Of a stretch of DNA of 64,000 nucleotides, positions 39,681 to 52,129 are shown in pieces. Source of the DNA: Mobula birostris. Taxonomy: Eukaryota. Location: assembly GCF_030028105.1 (NCBI RefSeq), contig NC_092375.1, positions 164,795,415 through 164,859,414 of the forward strand, read 5' to 3'. A model generated the notes under the pieces. It did no database searches and was not told where the DNA came from. It worked only from the letters and a program-made list of their open reading frames with translations. How positions within the stretch are numbered: position 1 is the first letter of the stretch; each line of letters opens with the position of its first letter. Made by a program: the position numbers and the translations under genes.

Positions 39681-39822
39681 CTCGGCAAATTGAATTTAGA
39701 AAACATATCAAAGACATCAAAATCACTGAAAAGAAGAAAGCAGTCTTTGAGTGTGAAGTTTCAGAACCCAACATTACCGTACAATGGCTGAAGGATGGAG
39801 AGGAAATACAGCCATCTGACAG
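39681..39822 (+). CDS. TTN: Titin exon (~ex39), first half of an Ig domain
   Basis: ctgtag|RQIEFRKHIKDIKITEKKKAVFECEVSEPNITVQWLKDGEEIQPSD|gttagt. Confidence 0.95.
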
Positions 39823-42752
39823 GTTAGTAAATAAATTATGGAAAAGTTTGTTTTGTTTTTTCAAAATTCAGCTATTCCAAGGCCCCCTGATGGCCTCCTA
39901 TTACTTCCCTCTGTAAACCTCAAATCCATAACTTTTGTAAAACTTTGTTGTTCATCCTTCCTCACAATATTGCTGCTACAATGGTTCACCAACACTCTGT
40001 TCTCCCGGCTGCCAACCACCATCCTCAATTTAAATGACAATTACTCATGTAAATCCATTTCCTGGTCAGTAGCATTGATATAATTTTCACATGTCGGAAG
40101 GAGACTGAAACAGAGGGAAAGAGAGAGACAGAATGGAGGGGGGTGGGAAGAGAGGGAGAGAGACTGAGACAGACACAGAGAGGGAAGAAGACCTGCTTAC
40201 CACTGTTTGCACTTGTACAGTTTGCACATTCTCTTGCATGTACAATAATCTGTACAGATCTGTACAAGCAAAATGGGTTACACCTGAATATGTAGGCAAC
40301 CAATATCCTCATCAGGTGGCTTGCTAAGTAATGGCGAGTCTGATGCTCTAAAGTGTGTTTATTTCAACACCAGGAATATTCTCGGTAAGGAGTCTGGATT
40401 AGTACATGGAATTACAAAGTTGTTGTCATTATTGAGATTATGTGTCTAAAGTACAGGACTGGCTGCTCAGTGTTCCTGGGTTTCATTGTTTGATTCGTGA
40501 TAGAGAAGGGGGATAAAAGAGGTGGGGGGTTTGCGCTACTGGTAAGGGAGAATGTCACAACCTACTCGGAGGACCTACTGGAGGGCTCATCCATGAAGGC
40601 AATTTGGCTGGAGTTCAGAAATAGGATAGGTATAATTATGCTGATGGAATTGTATTATAGGCCTCCTAACAGAAGTGGAGAAATAGATGTGTAGACAGAT
40701 TATGGAAAGGTGGAGAAACAACAGGGTTGTCATACTGGGAGACTTTAACTTACCCTGTATTAATTGGAACTTCCTTAGTACAAAAAATTTAAATGGGATG
40801 GATTTCTTCAGTGCATCCAAGAGAAGTACTTGAAACAGGAACATACTGGACCTAATGTTGCACAGTGAGCCAGGCCTGGTGACAGATCAGATAGCGGGTG
40901 GACATTTTGTGAAGAGTGACCACAACTCATTATTTAAGATAGTTATGAGTAAAGATAAAATTGGATATTACTGGAAGGTACTAAATTGGAGAGGGCACAT
41001 TTTGAGAGGACAGGGCACAAACTAAGAGGCATTGATATGGAGCAGCTGCTAATAGATAAGTCCATGTCTGAGTTGCCTAAGGACCAGCTGATTAGAGATC
41101 AGGATTGCATGATCTGGTAAGGAGGAAGAACAAGGATGGTAAGGAAAAGGAAGCTGGGATGGCCCAAGAAATCCTAAATTTACTTTGAAAGGAAAAGGAA
41201 AATTAGGCTGTGCAGGAATGTGCTCAAGCAGATGACTAGGAAGAGCAAAAGAGGCCATGTGATGTCCTTGGCAAGTAGGGTCAAGGATAATCCCAAGGCA
41301 TCTTGTACTTAGATTAAGTAAAAAGGGAAATCTAAGAAGGGGCTAGGTCCACTGAAGGGTAAAAGAAGGAATTGTGCTTTGAGTCTGAGCAGGTGGCTGA
41401 GGTACTGAGTGAATACTAGACAGTATTTGCCTAGAAGAAGAAATTTGCGGATTGTGAAAACAGAGTGAGGCATGCTAATGTACTGGGACTTTTTGAGATT
41501 AAGTAGGAGGTAACGCTGAATTATCTGGAAAGCATTAAAATGGAAAAGTCTCCAGAGCCTGATAACACTTTCCCAGAATAATGAAAGAAGTAAGGGAGGA
41601 GATTAATAGGTCAATTGACAAGGATCTTTGTGTCCTCACCAGTGGCAAGTGAGGTCCCAGCAGGGTGGAGGACAGCAAATGTTGTGTTTTTGTTCAAAAA
41701 GAGAAATGACAACATCAGTGTTAAAGAAGCTGCTATAGAGGATACTGAAGTGTAGGATTTATGTGCATTTGGCAAGGCATAGCATACTCAGGGACAGACA
41801 GCATGGCTTTGCGCAGGCCAGATCATACCTTACAAACTTGACCAAGTTTTTTGAGGTGTCAAAGGTGCTTGATGAGGATAGATCGGTTGATGTTATGCAT
41901 GGACTTTAAGGTATTTGACAAGGTCCCTAAGTGTAGGTTGATTCAGAAGATAATGATATACAGGATCAAGGGTGAATTGCAAGTTTGGATTCAGAACGAA
42001 TTTGCCTTTAAAAGACAAAGTAGGGGTGGAAGGCTGTTATTCTGGTTGGATGTCTGTGACAAGTGATGTTCCACAAGGATCAGTGCTGGGATTTCTGTTT
42101 AATGGTTGTGATAAAGGTGTAGATGGGTGTGTTAGCAAGTTTGTGGATGGCACCAAGATTGGTAAATTTGTGGCTGGTATAAAGGATTATCAAAGAATAC
42201 AATTAGATATAGATCAATTACAGACATGAGCAGAAAAATGGCAGATGAAGTTTGATCCAAGCAAGTGTGAGGTGTTGCACTTTGGGAGGTCAGATCATAG
42301 GGAGAACACTTAATAGCTGGGATACAGAGGAATCTTGGGGTCCAGGATTGTTATTCACTGAAAATGATTACACAGTGGATAAAGTGGTAAAGAAGGTGTA
42401 TGGAATACCATGCTTGCCTTTTTTGGTAGGAGTATTGAATGTAAGAGTAAGTAAGTCATGGAATAACTATATAAACCTTTAGTCAGACCACACTTGGATT
42501 GCGCAGTTTTAGTCGCTCCATTATAGCAAGGATGGGGCAGTTGTAGAAAAGGCTTTAAGAAGCTTTACCTGGGTGCTGCCTGGGTTAGAGAGTATGAGCC
42601 ATGAGGGCAGGTTGGACAAACTTGGGTTGTTTTCCCTAGAATATCAGAGGTGGAGGGGAGACCTGACAGAGATTTTTTTAAATTATGAAAGGCATAGATA
42701 GGATAGATGATTAGAGTCTGTTCTCCAGGTTAGAAATATCAAACACTAGAGG

Positions 42753-43037
42753 AAACACACACAAAAGTTGCTGGTGAACGCAGCAGGCGAGGCAGCATCT
42801 CTAGGATGAGGTACAGTCAACATTTCGGGCCGAGACCCTTCGTCAGGACTAACTGAAAGAAGAGCTAGTACTCTCACTAGCTCTTCTTTCAGTTAGTCCT
42901 GACGAAGGGTCTCGGCCCGAAACGCAACTGTACCTCTTCCTAGAGATGCTGCCTCGCCTGCTGCGTTCACCAGCAACTTTTGTGTGTGTTGCTTGAAATT
43001 CCAGCATGTGCAGATTTCCTCGTGTTTGCATTTTTAA
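42753..43037. mobile_element. Fold-back pLTR element with one hammerhead motif on each strand
   Basis: ~115-nt arms 42754-42869 and 42876-42990 with a 6-nt loop; 12-bp TSD AAACACTAGAGG at 42741-42752 and 43038-43049. Confidence 0.92.
42814..42851 (-). ncRNA. Minimal hammerhead ribozyme motif
   Basis: Minus strand TAGTC-CTGACGA-A-GGGT(CTCG)GCCC-GAAA-TGTT-GACTG; intact core with GUU triplet. Confidence 0.72.
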
Positions 43038-43706
43038 AAACACTAGAGGGCATGCTTTTAAGACTAGAGAGGAGGTGTTTCATGGTGATGTGAGGAGCAT
43101 GTTTTGATGCAGAGCTGCCGGTGCGTGGAATGGGTAATCATGGGTAGTGAATCAAGCAGTTTGGTAACATTTAAGAAGCTTTTAGATACACATGTGAATA
43201 TGAAGGGAATGGAAGGATGTGGCTGATAAACAGGAGGAGGGCATAATGGGCCAAATTACCTGTCCAGTGCTGTACTATTCTATATTCTAGGCATGGCATT
43301 TTTATACACTTTTGGTACAGCATCTTTGTCAAATTACAGTTGTCATTTCTTAGCCAACACTAGAACAAGAAGCCCTTGATCAGTCGCTTCTGACGCCATC
43401 TTCGTGACATCCTGACATAATTATCAAATGGCCTATACACTGTTGTGTTTAATTAGTGTTTGGTGATCTTATGGCTAAAGCATCCCTTTGTTCAGTTATC
43501 TAGATGATGGTACCAGCAGGAGGCCCATTATCACCAGTCACCTCAGTCCCCTAGAAGGCCTCTGTTTATCTTATCTTATGTTCCATAAATTAAGTATCCT
43601 CATCACCTGCACATATTTGAGGCATTGAGAGTACAAAATTGCCTCCCAATATACTTTTACAGTATACTGTGCTTGTGCCCTATGTGCTATGTCAGTACAT
43701 TCTAAC

Positions 43707-44694
43707 GCAAACACGAGGAAATCTGCAGATGCTGGAAATTCAAGCAACACACACAAAATGCTGGTGGAACGCAGCAGGCCAGACAGCATCTATAGGAAGA
43801 AGTACAGTTGACGTTTCGGGCCGAGACCCTTTGTCAGGACTAACTGAAAGAAGGGATAGTGAGAGATTTGAAAGTGGGAGGGGGAGAGGGAGATCCGAAA
43901 TGATAGGCAAAGACAGGAGAGGGAGTGGTGAAGCTAAGAGCTGGAAAGCTGATTGGCAAAAGGGATACAAGGCTGGAGAAGGGGGAGGATCATGGGATGG
44001 GAGGCCCAGGGAGAAAGAAAGGGGAGCTCCAGAGGAAGATGGAGAGCAGGCAAGGAGTTTCGCTGAACACCTACGCTCGCTCCGCCAGCAAAAGCAGGAT
44101 CTCCCAGTGGCCACGCATTTTAATTCCATGTCCCATACCCATTCTGATATGTCTATCCATGGCCTCCTCTACTGTCAAGATGAAGCCACACTCAGGTTGG
44201 AGGAACAATACCTTATATTCCACCTGGGTAGCCTCCAACCCTGATGGCATGAATATTGACTTCTCTAAATTCTGTTAATGCCCTCTTCCCCTTCTTACCC
44301 CATCCCTTATTTATTTATTTATTTATTTATTTATTGTCTTTCCCCTTTTTTTCTCTCTGTCCCTCTCACAATAACTCCTTGCCTGCTCTCCATCTTCCTC
44401 TGGTGCTCCCCTCCCCCTTTCTTTCTCCCTAGGTCTCCCGTGCCATGATCCTCTCCCTTCTCCAGCCTTGTATCCCTTTTGCCAATCAACTTTCCAGCTC
44501 TTAGCTGCATCCCTCCCCCTCCTGTCTTCTCCTATCATTTCAGATATCCCCCTCCCCCCCCCCCCACTTTCAAATCTCTTACTGTCTCTTCTTTCAGTTA
44601 GTCTTGACGAAGGGTCTCGGTCCGAAACGTCGACTGTACTTCTTCCTATGGATGCTGCCTGGCCTGCTGTGTTTCACCAGCATTTTGTGTGTGT
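43707..44694 (+). mobile_element. 5'-truncated Penelope-like element (GIY-YIG C-terminus plus pLTR) with an inverted pLTR copy
   Basis: FAEHLRS...DLPVATHFNS...LRLEEQYLIFHLGSLQP; arms ~43740-44058 (inverted) and ~44370-44694; 17-bp TSD TGTCAGTACATTCTAAC at 43690-43706 and 44695-44711; hammerhead motifs at 43805-43842 (-) and 44599-44636 (+). Confidence 0.92.
44307..44335 (+). repeat. (TTAT)7 microsatellite inside the Penelope 3' region
   Basis: Read directly from the sequence. Confidence 0.9.
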
Positions 44695-45205
44695 TGTCAG
44701 TACATTCTAACTCAGGTCTCTGGTTACATAGGAGGAATACTACACTGGAGATAGATGTGCTGTCACAGCCTGGAAATAGCCCTGTTATCTCTGAATACAC
44801 AAATACTAGGCTACATGGCTTCCTCTGGTGCAGTTCTCTAAGAGAACATTCTGTTGGGCTGCTTGTTTCTTAATTTGTCCAACTGAGAATAAAGCAGATC
44901 TAGTTTGAGGCAGAAATGCACCTTTGTCTCACAATATGCTTTATAGTATATTATGCAAAATAGCTCTACATGCCATTTTTCCTACCTATAAATGTCCAAC
45001 TTCATAAAATTCACACTCTTATTTATTTAATTCATCTCCTCCAATCTCCTTACACCATCTCGAAACTCCAAGCATTCCTCTTAATTGAGCTTCTACATCA
45101 TCTATTGACCTCGCCAACATTAGCTGTACTTTTAGTCACTTTAGTCTCAAGTTCTAAGCTAAGTCTAAAACACTCAACTTACTATTTCACTTTCATTTCT
45201 TACAG

Positions 45206-45374
45206 AATTAAGATTCATAAAGAAACATTTATCCATCGTCTCACCATTCCTGTTACTAAAATGTCTGATGCTGGCGAGTATTCAGCTGTAGCAGGTGGAA
45301 GTATTTCCACTGCTAAATTGTATGTGGAAGCACGACACATTTTGATTTCAAAACCTGTTTCCACGAATATTCAG
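45206..45374 (+). CDS. TTN: Titin exon (~ex40)
   Basis: ttacag|IKIHKETFIHRLTIPVTKMSDAGEY...LYVEARHILISKPVSTNIQ|gtataa. Confidence 0.95.
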
Positions 45375-45498
45375 GTATAATGAGTTTCTTTTTACTTAGA
45401 ATCCTCAGCCATAAGATGTATAATAGTAACTGATAATGAGCATGCAGACAGACATTTATTTTACAATTAATTTTATCAAAATATTTCTTCATAATTAG

Positions 45499-45730
45499 GT
45501 TGTTGAGAAAAAGCGAGCTGTAATTGAATTTGAAGTCAATGAAGATGATGTTGAGGCTCAGTGGCTCAAGGATGGAATTGAAATCAATTTTCAATTTGAA
45601 GAAAGATACAGATATATAATTCAAAGACGTGTGCATCGTATGACTATTACTGAAACAAGAGTTTCTGATTCTGGAGAATATGTCTTTGTTGCTGGAAAGA
45701 ATCGAAGTACTGTGACACTGCATATTAATG
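45499..45730 (+). CDS. TTN: Titin exon (~ex41)
   Basis: aattag|VVEKKRAVIEFEVNEDDVEAQWLKDGIEINFQFEER...VTLHIN|gtgcgt. Not in the ORF track. Confidence 0.95.
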
Positions 45731-46345
45731 GTGCGTACAAACATACCAATAAGTTGTTGCTAAAATGCAGTAGCTTTCAACTCTGTAAAGTGCTTTGAGA
45801 TTACTTTAATCAGACATAGGAATATGTTAAACAGCCGGTCTTTCATTGATTTAGTTTATAAGGATAATCTAAAAATGATAGTAGGAAATGGAGATACTTA
45901 GAATTTCTGGAGGGTAACAGCAGGACTTTAATTGAAGTACATGGTGAGTGGATGGAGCTCAGGGGAATGGAGTTGAAGAATATTTGTGGTTTTGAAGTTG
46001 GTGGAAAGGATCGAAGGGGATTGTAATATCGTGTATGAAATGAAATAAAGAAATAAAAGTGGGAATATTAAGTTGGAGCTTTATAGAATAAGTGAGCCAA
46101 TGTGGATCAGATATACAGGAGTGCTGTTACGTCTGGGTGTTTTTCAAAAGAAAGAGCACAGAGTTTTGTCAGAGATTTGGATTTAATGGTTTACGGAGAT
46201 TAAAATGGGAACACAATGGGAGTGCATTGTATAGGTACATTTTGAATTTGTAAGCGAGTGGTTGAGGGTTTTGACAGCAAGTGAACAGAACTAGAGGCAT
46301 AGGCGGAAGCAGATGACATCAGTGAGATGGAATCCCAACATTGAG

Positions 46346-47298
46346 TGTTACGTACCCCGTAACTGGGTTGCCAAACCAGCAGAAATGGATCACTCAGTTG
46401 GAGTCTGGATTACTAGATCTAAGAAAGTTTTATTAAAGAAACAAGCAACACAGTAATCAAAAGGATAATAAATGCAACAGTTCAGCAATGATAAACACAC
46501 ATGTGCACAGAATTAAGATAACAGGATCAATCAAGCTCTATTGTTGTCTAGAGGTAAATGACCAATTTCAAAGTGACACAAAGTCCAGTTCAATTTAGTT
46601 CAGTTCGCAGTAATCGTTGCCATGGCGATGGACAACGTGGGGGGAGGGAGAGAGAGAACGAGAACGACTGATCATTCAGAACGACTTCCACTCACAGACC
46701 TGCGATATTGCTCACAAGCAGCTTTCGGGCGAGTCCTTTGTGATGTCACCTGGGGTCACCGACTGTGACCCCTCCGCCAGATGCGGTCGATCCTCTACAG
46801 TGAACCCGGCACCCAAGCAAGGGCGGACACACACCGGGTTCCCGCTGATCGTACCTTTCCACCCTGTGCGTTTGCGGCCCGGTACTTCCCACCGACTCGT
46901 GAGAGGCGCACCGCTTCCAGGGTCTCATTACCTCGAGTGTCGTGTGTCCTGCCTTAGCGAACCTGTCCCTTTTTATCCCCTTGCTGGGGTATCGCCTGTC
47001 CATCACTTCAAACAGTTCAGGGTTCAAAGTGGGAGCCGCTCTAGACAGCTCTCTCTCCCATCCCTTCATTACACATCTCCAGATCGCCTGTCCATCACTT
47101 CAAACAGTTCAGGGTTCAAAGAGGGAGCCGATCTTGACAATACCCAGACTGATGGCTCCTTCATTAACACCTCCAAATGCTGCTTCATTGTGTGCCTTAT
47201 CTATCCATCCCCTGAGGACAGGTGGCAGACCAACTGCTGATGCCACTGGTGCTATCCCAGGCCAGCAGACATCTTAATTTATGTGTATTCTCATCACA
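46346..47298 (-). mobile_element. Solo LTR (953 bp), probably Gypsy-type
   Basis: TGTTACG...CATCACA termini; 4-bp TSD TGAG (46342-46345 and 47299-47302); GC/CpG-richer than the flanks; AATAAA on the minus strand near 46430. Confidence 0.75.
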
Positions 47299-48569
47299 TG
47301 AGGATAATCCTGATAGATGAGAGAAAAGGTGAGGACAGAATATCAGAAATGGAAGAAGTCTCAGCAGATGAACTGGTGAAAAGTGAGGTAATTAACCTTT
47401 AAATTGCAAATGTAAGTAACCTGAGAGATTTTTTCCAGGTTTAGAAGGAAAGGGATAGTGTCCATGAAATGATAAAACACGCAAGGATTTGGCAGCCATA
47501 ATAGTTTTAAAGAAGTTGCACTGTATATGGATTAGAAAATTTATGTGGAAGAAAAGGTTGACGATAGAGAAGTAGAATTTATGAAAAAATTGAAATGGTA
47601 AGTTCAGAAAGACAGAGGACAAAGAGTCAGTCAGTGCAGTTATCAAGGGTCGAAACAGACGATATTTTAGTAAGAAACAGGAAGTAGATTTCTTAGCTGG
47701 CAGAAAGTAATGTTGAGGCAGAAATGTGGAATTACAGTTATGCCAGAAGTTTTAAGTAAAAGGCAAGATGTTGCTAGCTGTGACATGAGGTTTTTGTCAA
47801 AAGAAGAATGTAATTTTAATTAATCATAATTACGATATATTGTGGTTTGCAATAGCCTTGCATGTAGTCTACTTTTATTCCTGAGGATAATATAACAGAA
47901 TGGTATTTATTATTAATCTTCTGACAGAGCCAAGATGTGTGGGACAGGAAAGAGTTGATGAGATTAGGTCTAAATATCAACAATGTTTCTGTGGGACAAT
48001 CATGATTGCTTCTCACTAGACAGAGCATAGTGCTTTTGTGATCCTTTTTAATATTATTGTAAAATCTGTGAGAAGTGTTTAAAGCATCCTCAGTTCCTTG
48101 ATTCATCTTTGGCAAGCAAGGGTTGGTAAAATGGCTGTTAGTGAGTCTATTTATATTTGTTTGATATTCCTATCCATTGATGCCTACAGAATGGAAAAAT
48201 GTGTGGATAGTATAGTGGGCTATACGCTGCTTTTCCTGTTTTGTGCTCATGCCAAAATTGAGCTATAGGCCATTAATATCAGTGAATACTTTATTCAAGT
48301 AAATCTTAATTTGTTTCAGAAAATGCAAAGAAATGGTTAACTGACATTGAATATAAGGTATTAGTAGTAAACAAAACTATTCCCCGAAAGCATCTCTTCG
48401 TGTCAGTTTTTTCATTCACAGTTTTGTAAATTGATATTTTTAACATAGCATTTACCATTTTCTATTTATGGCATGTGCTTCAGGCAGCATTGCATCTATG
48501 AAAGTAGACCATAAAAATGACTTAATTTGTGGAAATAAAGTGCTTACATGTTGATCTTTTTCATTTTAG

Positions 48570-48854
48570 CTCTTGAACCACCAACCTTTACAGTGGAACT
48601 GGAACCTTGTGCTGTGAAAGCAGGGGAACCTGCTCGATTTTGTGGTATAATAGTTGGCACACCAAAATTGGAAGTAACCTGGTACAAAGATGGTCAAAAG
48701 CTTTTCTCAGGGTTTAAACGCAAGATACTTCATGATGAGAACCAATATACTTTGTTACTGATTGAAACATTCCCTGAAGATGCTGGCACCTACACTTGTG
48801 AAGCAAAAAATGAAGCTGGAGTAGCTGTTAGTGGTGCTTCACTTGATGTTGAAG
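48570..48854 (+). CDS. TTN: Titin exon (~ex42), Ig domain
   Basis: ttttag|[25 protein letters not shown]...[21 protein letters not shown]...LDVE|gtataa. Confidence 0.96.
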
Positions 48855-49280
48855 GTATAACTAAAGTTTACTCAGCATATTTTCATGTCAGTACTATGGT
48901 ACGTAGGAAATTGTTGTGATATAGACAGTACATACTGCCTGTCCTGAGGAGCACACAGAAAGAGGAGATGAAATTGGTATTTAGCATGCATGATTAGTAG
49001 TAAACGTGGCAGTATATTTTGAGTAAAAAAGAAAGAAAATAGATTTTCTTGTTTAATACCTATTATGTGCTTTTATAGACGCCTAAATACCGTTCATATG
49101 TTTCTCTAAATAACAGCTTTGTATTTTGCATATTTATGTTTGTAATAGTTACCACTTCTCTTTTAAAATTTTTGATTTATACCTATGCTCTATGATAGTC
49201 TATGTACTTACCACTCTTAAGTCATTTTAAATAACCTTTCTTAGAGATTAATATCAATTAATTTATTTATGTATTTTCAG

Positions 49281-49406
49281 TTCCAGAGGTAGTTTCCCCT
49301 GAGGTCGAAGTACCTGTTTATCCACCTGTCATTGTAAGTCCAATCCAAGATACTACCACCAGTGAAGGACATTCTGCTCAATTTCAGTGCCGTTTGACGG
49401 GAACAG
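49281..49406 (+). CDS. TTN: Titin exon (~ex43)
   Basis: tttcag|PEVVSPEVEVPVYPPVIVSPIQDTTTSEGHSAQFQCRLTGT|gtatg. Not in the ORF track. Confidence 0.95.
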
Positions 49407-51782
49407 GTATGCTGTAAATTCAGACTTTAGCATTATGTCTCACTTTAGTTTACCCCTTGCTTATCCTGAGTTGTTAATTTTTGCTGTGTTTGGTTTCCAA
49501 AGTGTTTTTTTACTCTTCTATTTGAATTTACATGTTCGAGCTAGATCATTTTAATGTACTAATGGTAACAACTAAGCTTTACCTGTGCTGACCCATCACC
49601 TATGCAGTGACATAGACTAAAATGGTTTACTGGTTAATAATTGAGAGTCAAAATGTCTGTTTTTACTTCTTCTCGGACTAGAATACCAAGGGTGATTGTA
49701 ATCCCCAACTGCAGCTCTAAAATGATTATTGATCATATTTCAATGAATGCCACTTAACTCCAAAGAAACAGCACTTTTGCCTACCATATTATGAAGTTTG
49801 CAATCTTCATTAATGACTCAAATTTAATTCAAGTACATTGTTCTGGGTGATTTCATTTTTCATTGCTTTGTGATACAAACCTAAAAGGTCTAGGAAGCAC
49901 AGCCTACCAAGTGAGCAAATATAAAACATCTGGTACCTAGTCTAGGTTAGGTATTGACAATACAAAAGTGCAGGTGCCCCTCATCTCTCCTCTAGATTCT
50001 CCCATCTTTCCCTGCCATCTCTTCTCTGGAAGAATACATTAGTCAAGAAACTTAACAATTGATATTTTTATTCCGGTTCAACAGGCATCTTCTTTCTTTC
50101 TTTATTTTTCCCTTTAGCATACTGATTGTATGTTTTACTGTAGCACGAGTCTGTATTCTATCCCAGACTCATAGAGCAACACAATAGGAGATTTTTTACA
50201 AAAAGTTTATTGAAACTAAAACCACTGTGAAGTAAATATAACAAAACTATTAGAAGAAAAAATGACGTGGGGTTATATTCCAAACATTAAAAAATGCCAT
50301 ACATTACTGCAGCCTTTCTGTGCTAATTGTCTAATACAGGTCTTGACATTTAATTGTATTGTACTCTTTAATATGATTAATTCTAGTTCCAATTCGAAAT
50401 CCAACATATTCAGTGGTCAAATAAAGTAACTGGATCACATCTGCAAAGGTTAATCAAACTGTTATTTTCATTTTATCAAAGTTTACCTCTAAACCACTTC
50501 TCCACGCCCAACGTCTATAATGTAAGAGAATCTTGTCTGTGTCTACTATAGACACAAGCCTCTATATTTATCATTGCCCAGTCTGTTCATTATAAACATC
50601 AATCTTAATCGAACTAATACTGTTAATTCTGTGTCATTAATTTTATTAACAAAGCTATTTTAGTAGGGAAGACGACTAAGTATATTAGCACTTCAGGAAG
50701 TTTTTTTAACTCCATGGAAATTCTACATTTGATCAGACTGTAGAGTTTCTTTGAAGTACAGCAGATAACTTTAATGATATCTTCGAGTTAATCTTGTTTG
50801 TGAAAGAAAATTACTCTTCTGGTAGCTTTCTTAGTTTACAGTGTCTATTTTTAAGAACTGCTTTGATAAGAGACATGGTTTCTTGTAACTTAGATATATG
50901 TGACAAGTTATAAACCCAACCTGTGGTTCATCAGAAGTTAATGCATTTCTTGCTGAAGGCAGCTGCCTCCAGAAATCAATCTCCAAATGACTGATATTTT
51001 GATTCTTCATAACATTAGCCACTTATAATCATCTTTTCCTGTTCTTACCTAGAAGAACCTTTTACATTAGCTTTTGAAATATTTTTTTCATTGTTTTACA
51101 GTCATTGTAAGATATAGTAAATGGATCACCATGATCAATTGAGCCATGACCTTCACACATGAATTAAAATCTAATCCACAAATTAATTTTAATTATCATA
51201 ACCAAATTTTCTAACACCTGCCACTATGATAATTCTGATAATTTTGTAATACATTCATTTCTTTTCCTAAGTGGAACGGTTGTAGGATGCTGTCTAAAAG
51301 GAACACTAAAATATTGGGTTTATAACTGGACTCATCAGGTCATTTCTGGATTATTATCAGGTATAAAAGATTTAACAGCTATGATTAAATATTTCATCCC
51401 ACTCCCCTTATAAACCAAACTGACAATTCAATAATTATTTGATATGGAGTCTAGACTATGTCCTCTGTCCAGGGAATCCAAACAGATCCTTTCTGATCTT
51501 GTAGTTTGCAGATTCAGATTACTGTTTTTCACATATTTGTGGGAAGCCACATACCTGTGCCTTTACAGGATGTTGTAGGCTATGTAAGAGTATTATCTTG
51601 TGCTGTTATTAAATGTTGTGATATACACCCAATGCTTTCCAATAAAAGTAGGAGAGATCTGCAATGCATTGGAGTGATATTAAGAAACCTAAATGCGATC
51701 TCAAAAGTTTAACCATTAGTGGGATTGTGATATGTGTGATATACCCTGTGAACTTTAACTAAACTAAATTTACTTCAGTTCA

Positions 51783-51978
51783 CACATCAAAGTTGCTGGT
51801 GAACGCAGCAGGCCAGGTAGCATCTCTAGGAAGAGGTACAGTCGACGTTTCAGGCTGAGACCCTTCAGGACGAAACGTCGACTGTACCTCTTCCTAGAGA
51901 TGCTGCCTGGCCTGCTGCATTCACCAGCAACTTTGATGTGTGTTGCTTGAATTTCCAGCATCTGCAGAATTCCTGTTG
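51783..51978. mobile_element. Fold-back pLTR element with a disrupted hammerhead
   Basis: 71-nt arms 51781-51851 and 51872-51942; TSD TTTACT(T/C)CAGTTCA at 51769-51782 and 51979-51992. Confidence 0.88.
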
Positions 51979-52129
51979 TTTACTCCAGTTCAGATCAGAT
52001 GAAGTTTCATGATCTGTCAGTTGTGTTAAAGGTTCACTGTTGATCCATGTCAGAACATATCCCTATGCTAATCTTACTACCTTGTGGTGGGTTTATTTTA
52101 TCAACTAATTCCCATATATTATACACATT

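Larger units (their letters stand above)
40320..43290 (+). mobile_element. Degraded CR1 LINE (endonuclease plus RT, ~3 kb) interrupted by a fold-back element
   Basis: YYRPPN, ILGDFN, MDFKVFDKVP, SDVPQGSVLG, KFVDGTKIG remnants. Confidence 0.85.

Noticed and set aside
40087-40200. GA-rich stretch as a functional element
   Set aside because: Low-complexity imperfect (GA)n; its ORFs are compositional artefacts.
43639-44244. 201-aa ORF as a protein-coding gene
   Set aside because: Artefact of an inverted pLTR running into a truncated GIY-YIG frame.
45830-47800. Purine-rich flanks of the solo LTR as an old Penelope RT on the minus strand
   Set aside because: Only a vague resemblance; I could not recover convincing motifs.
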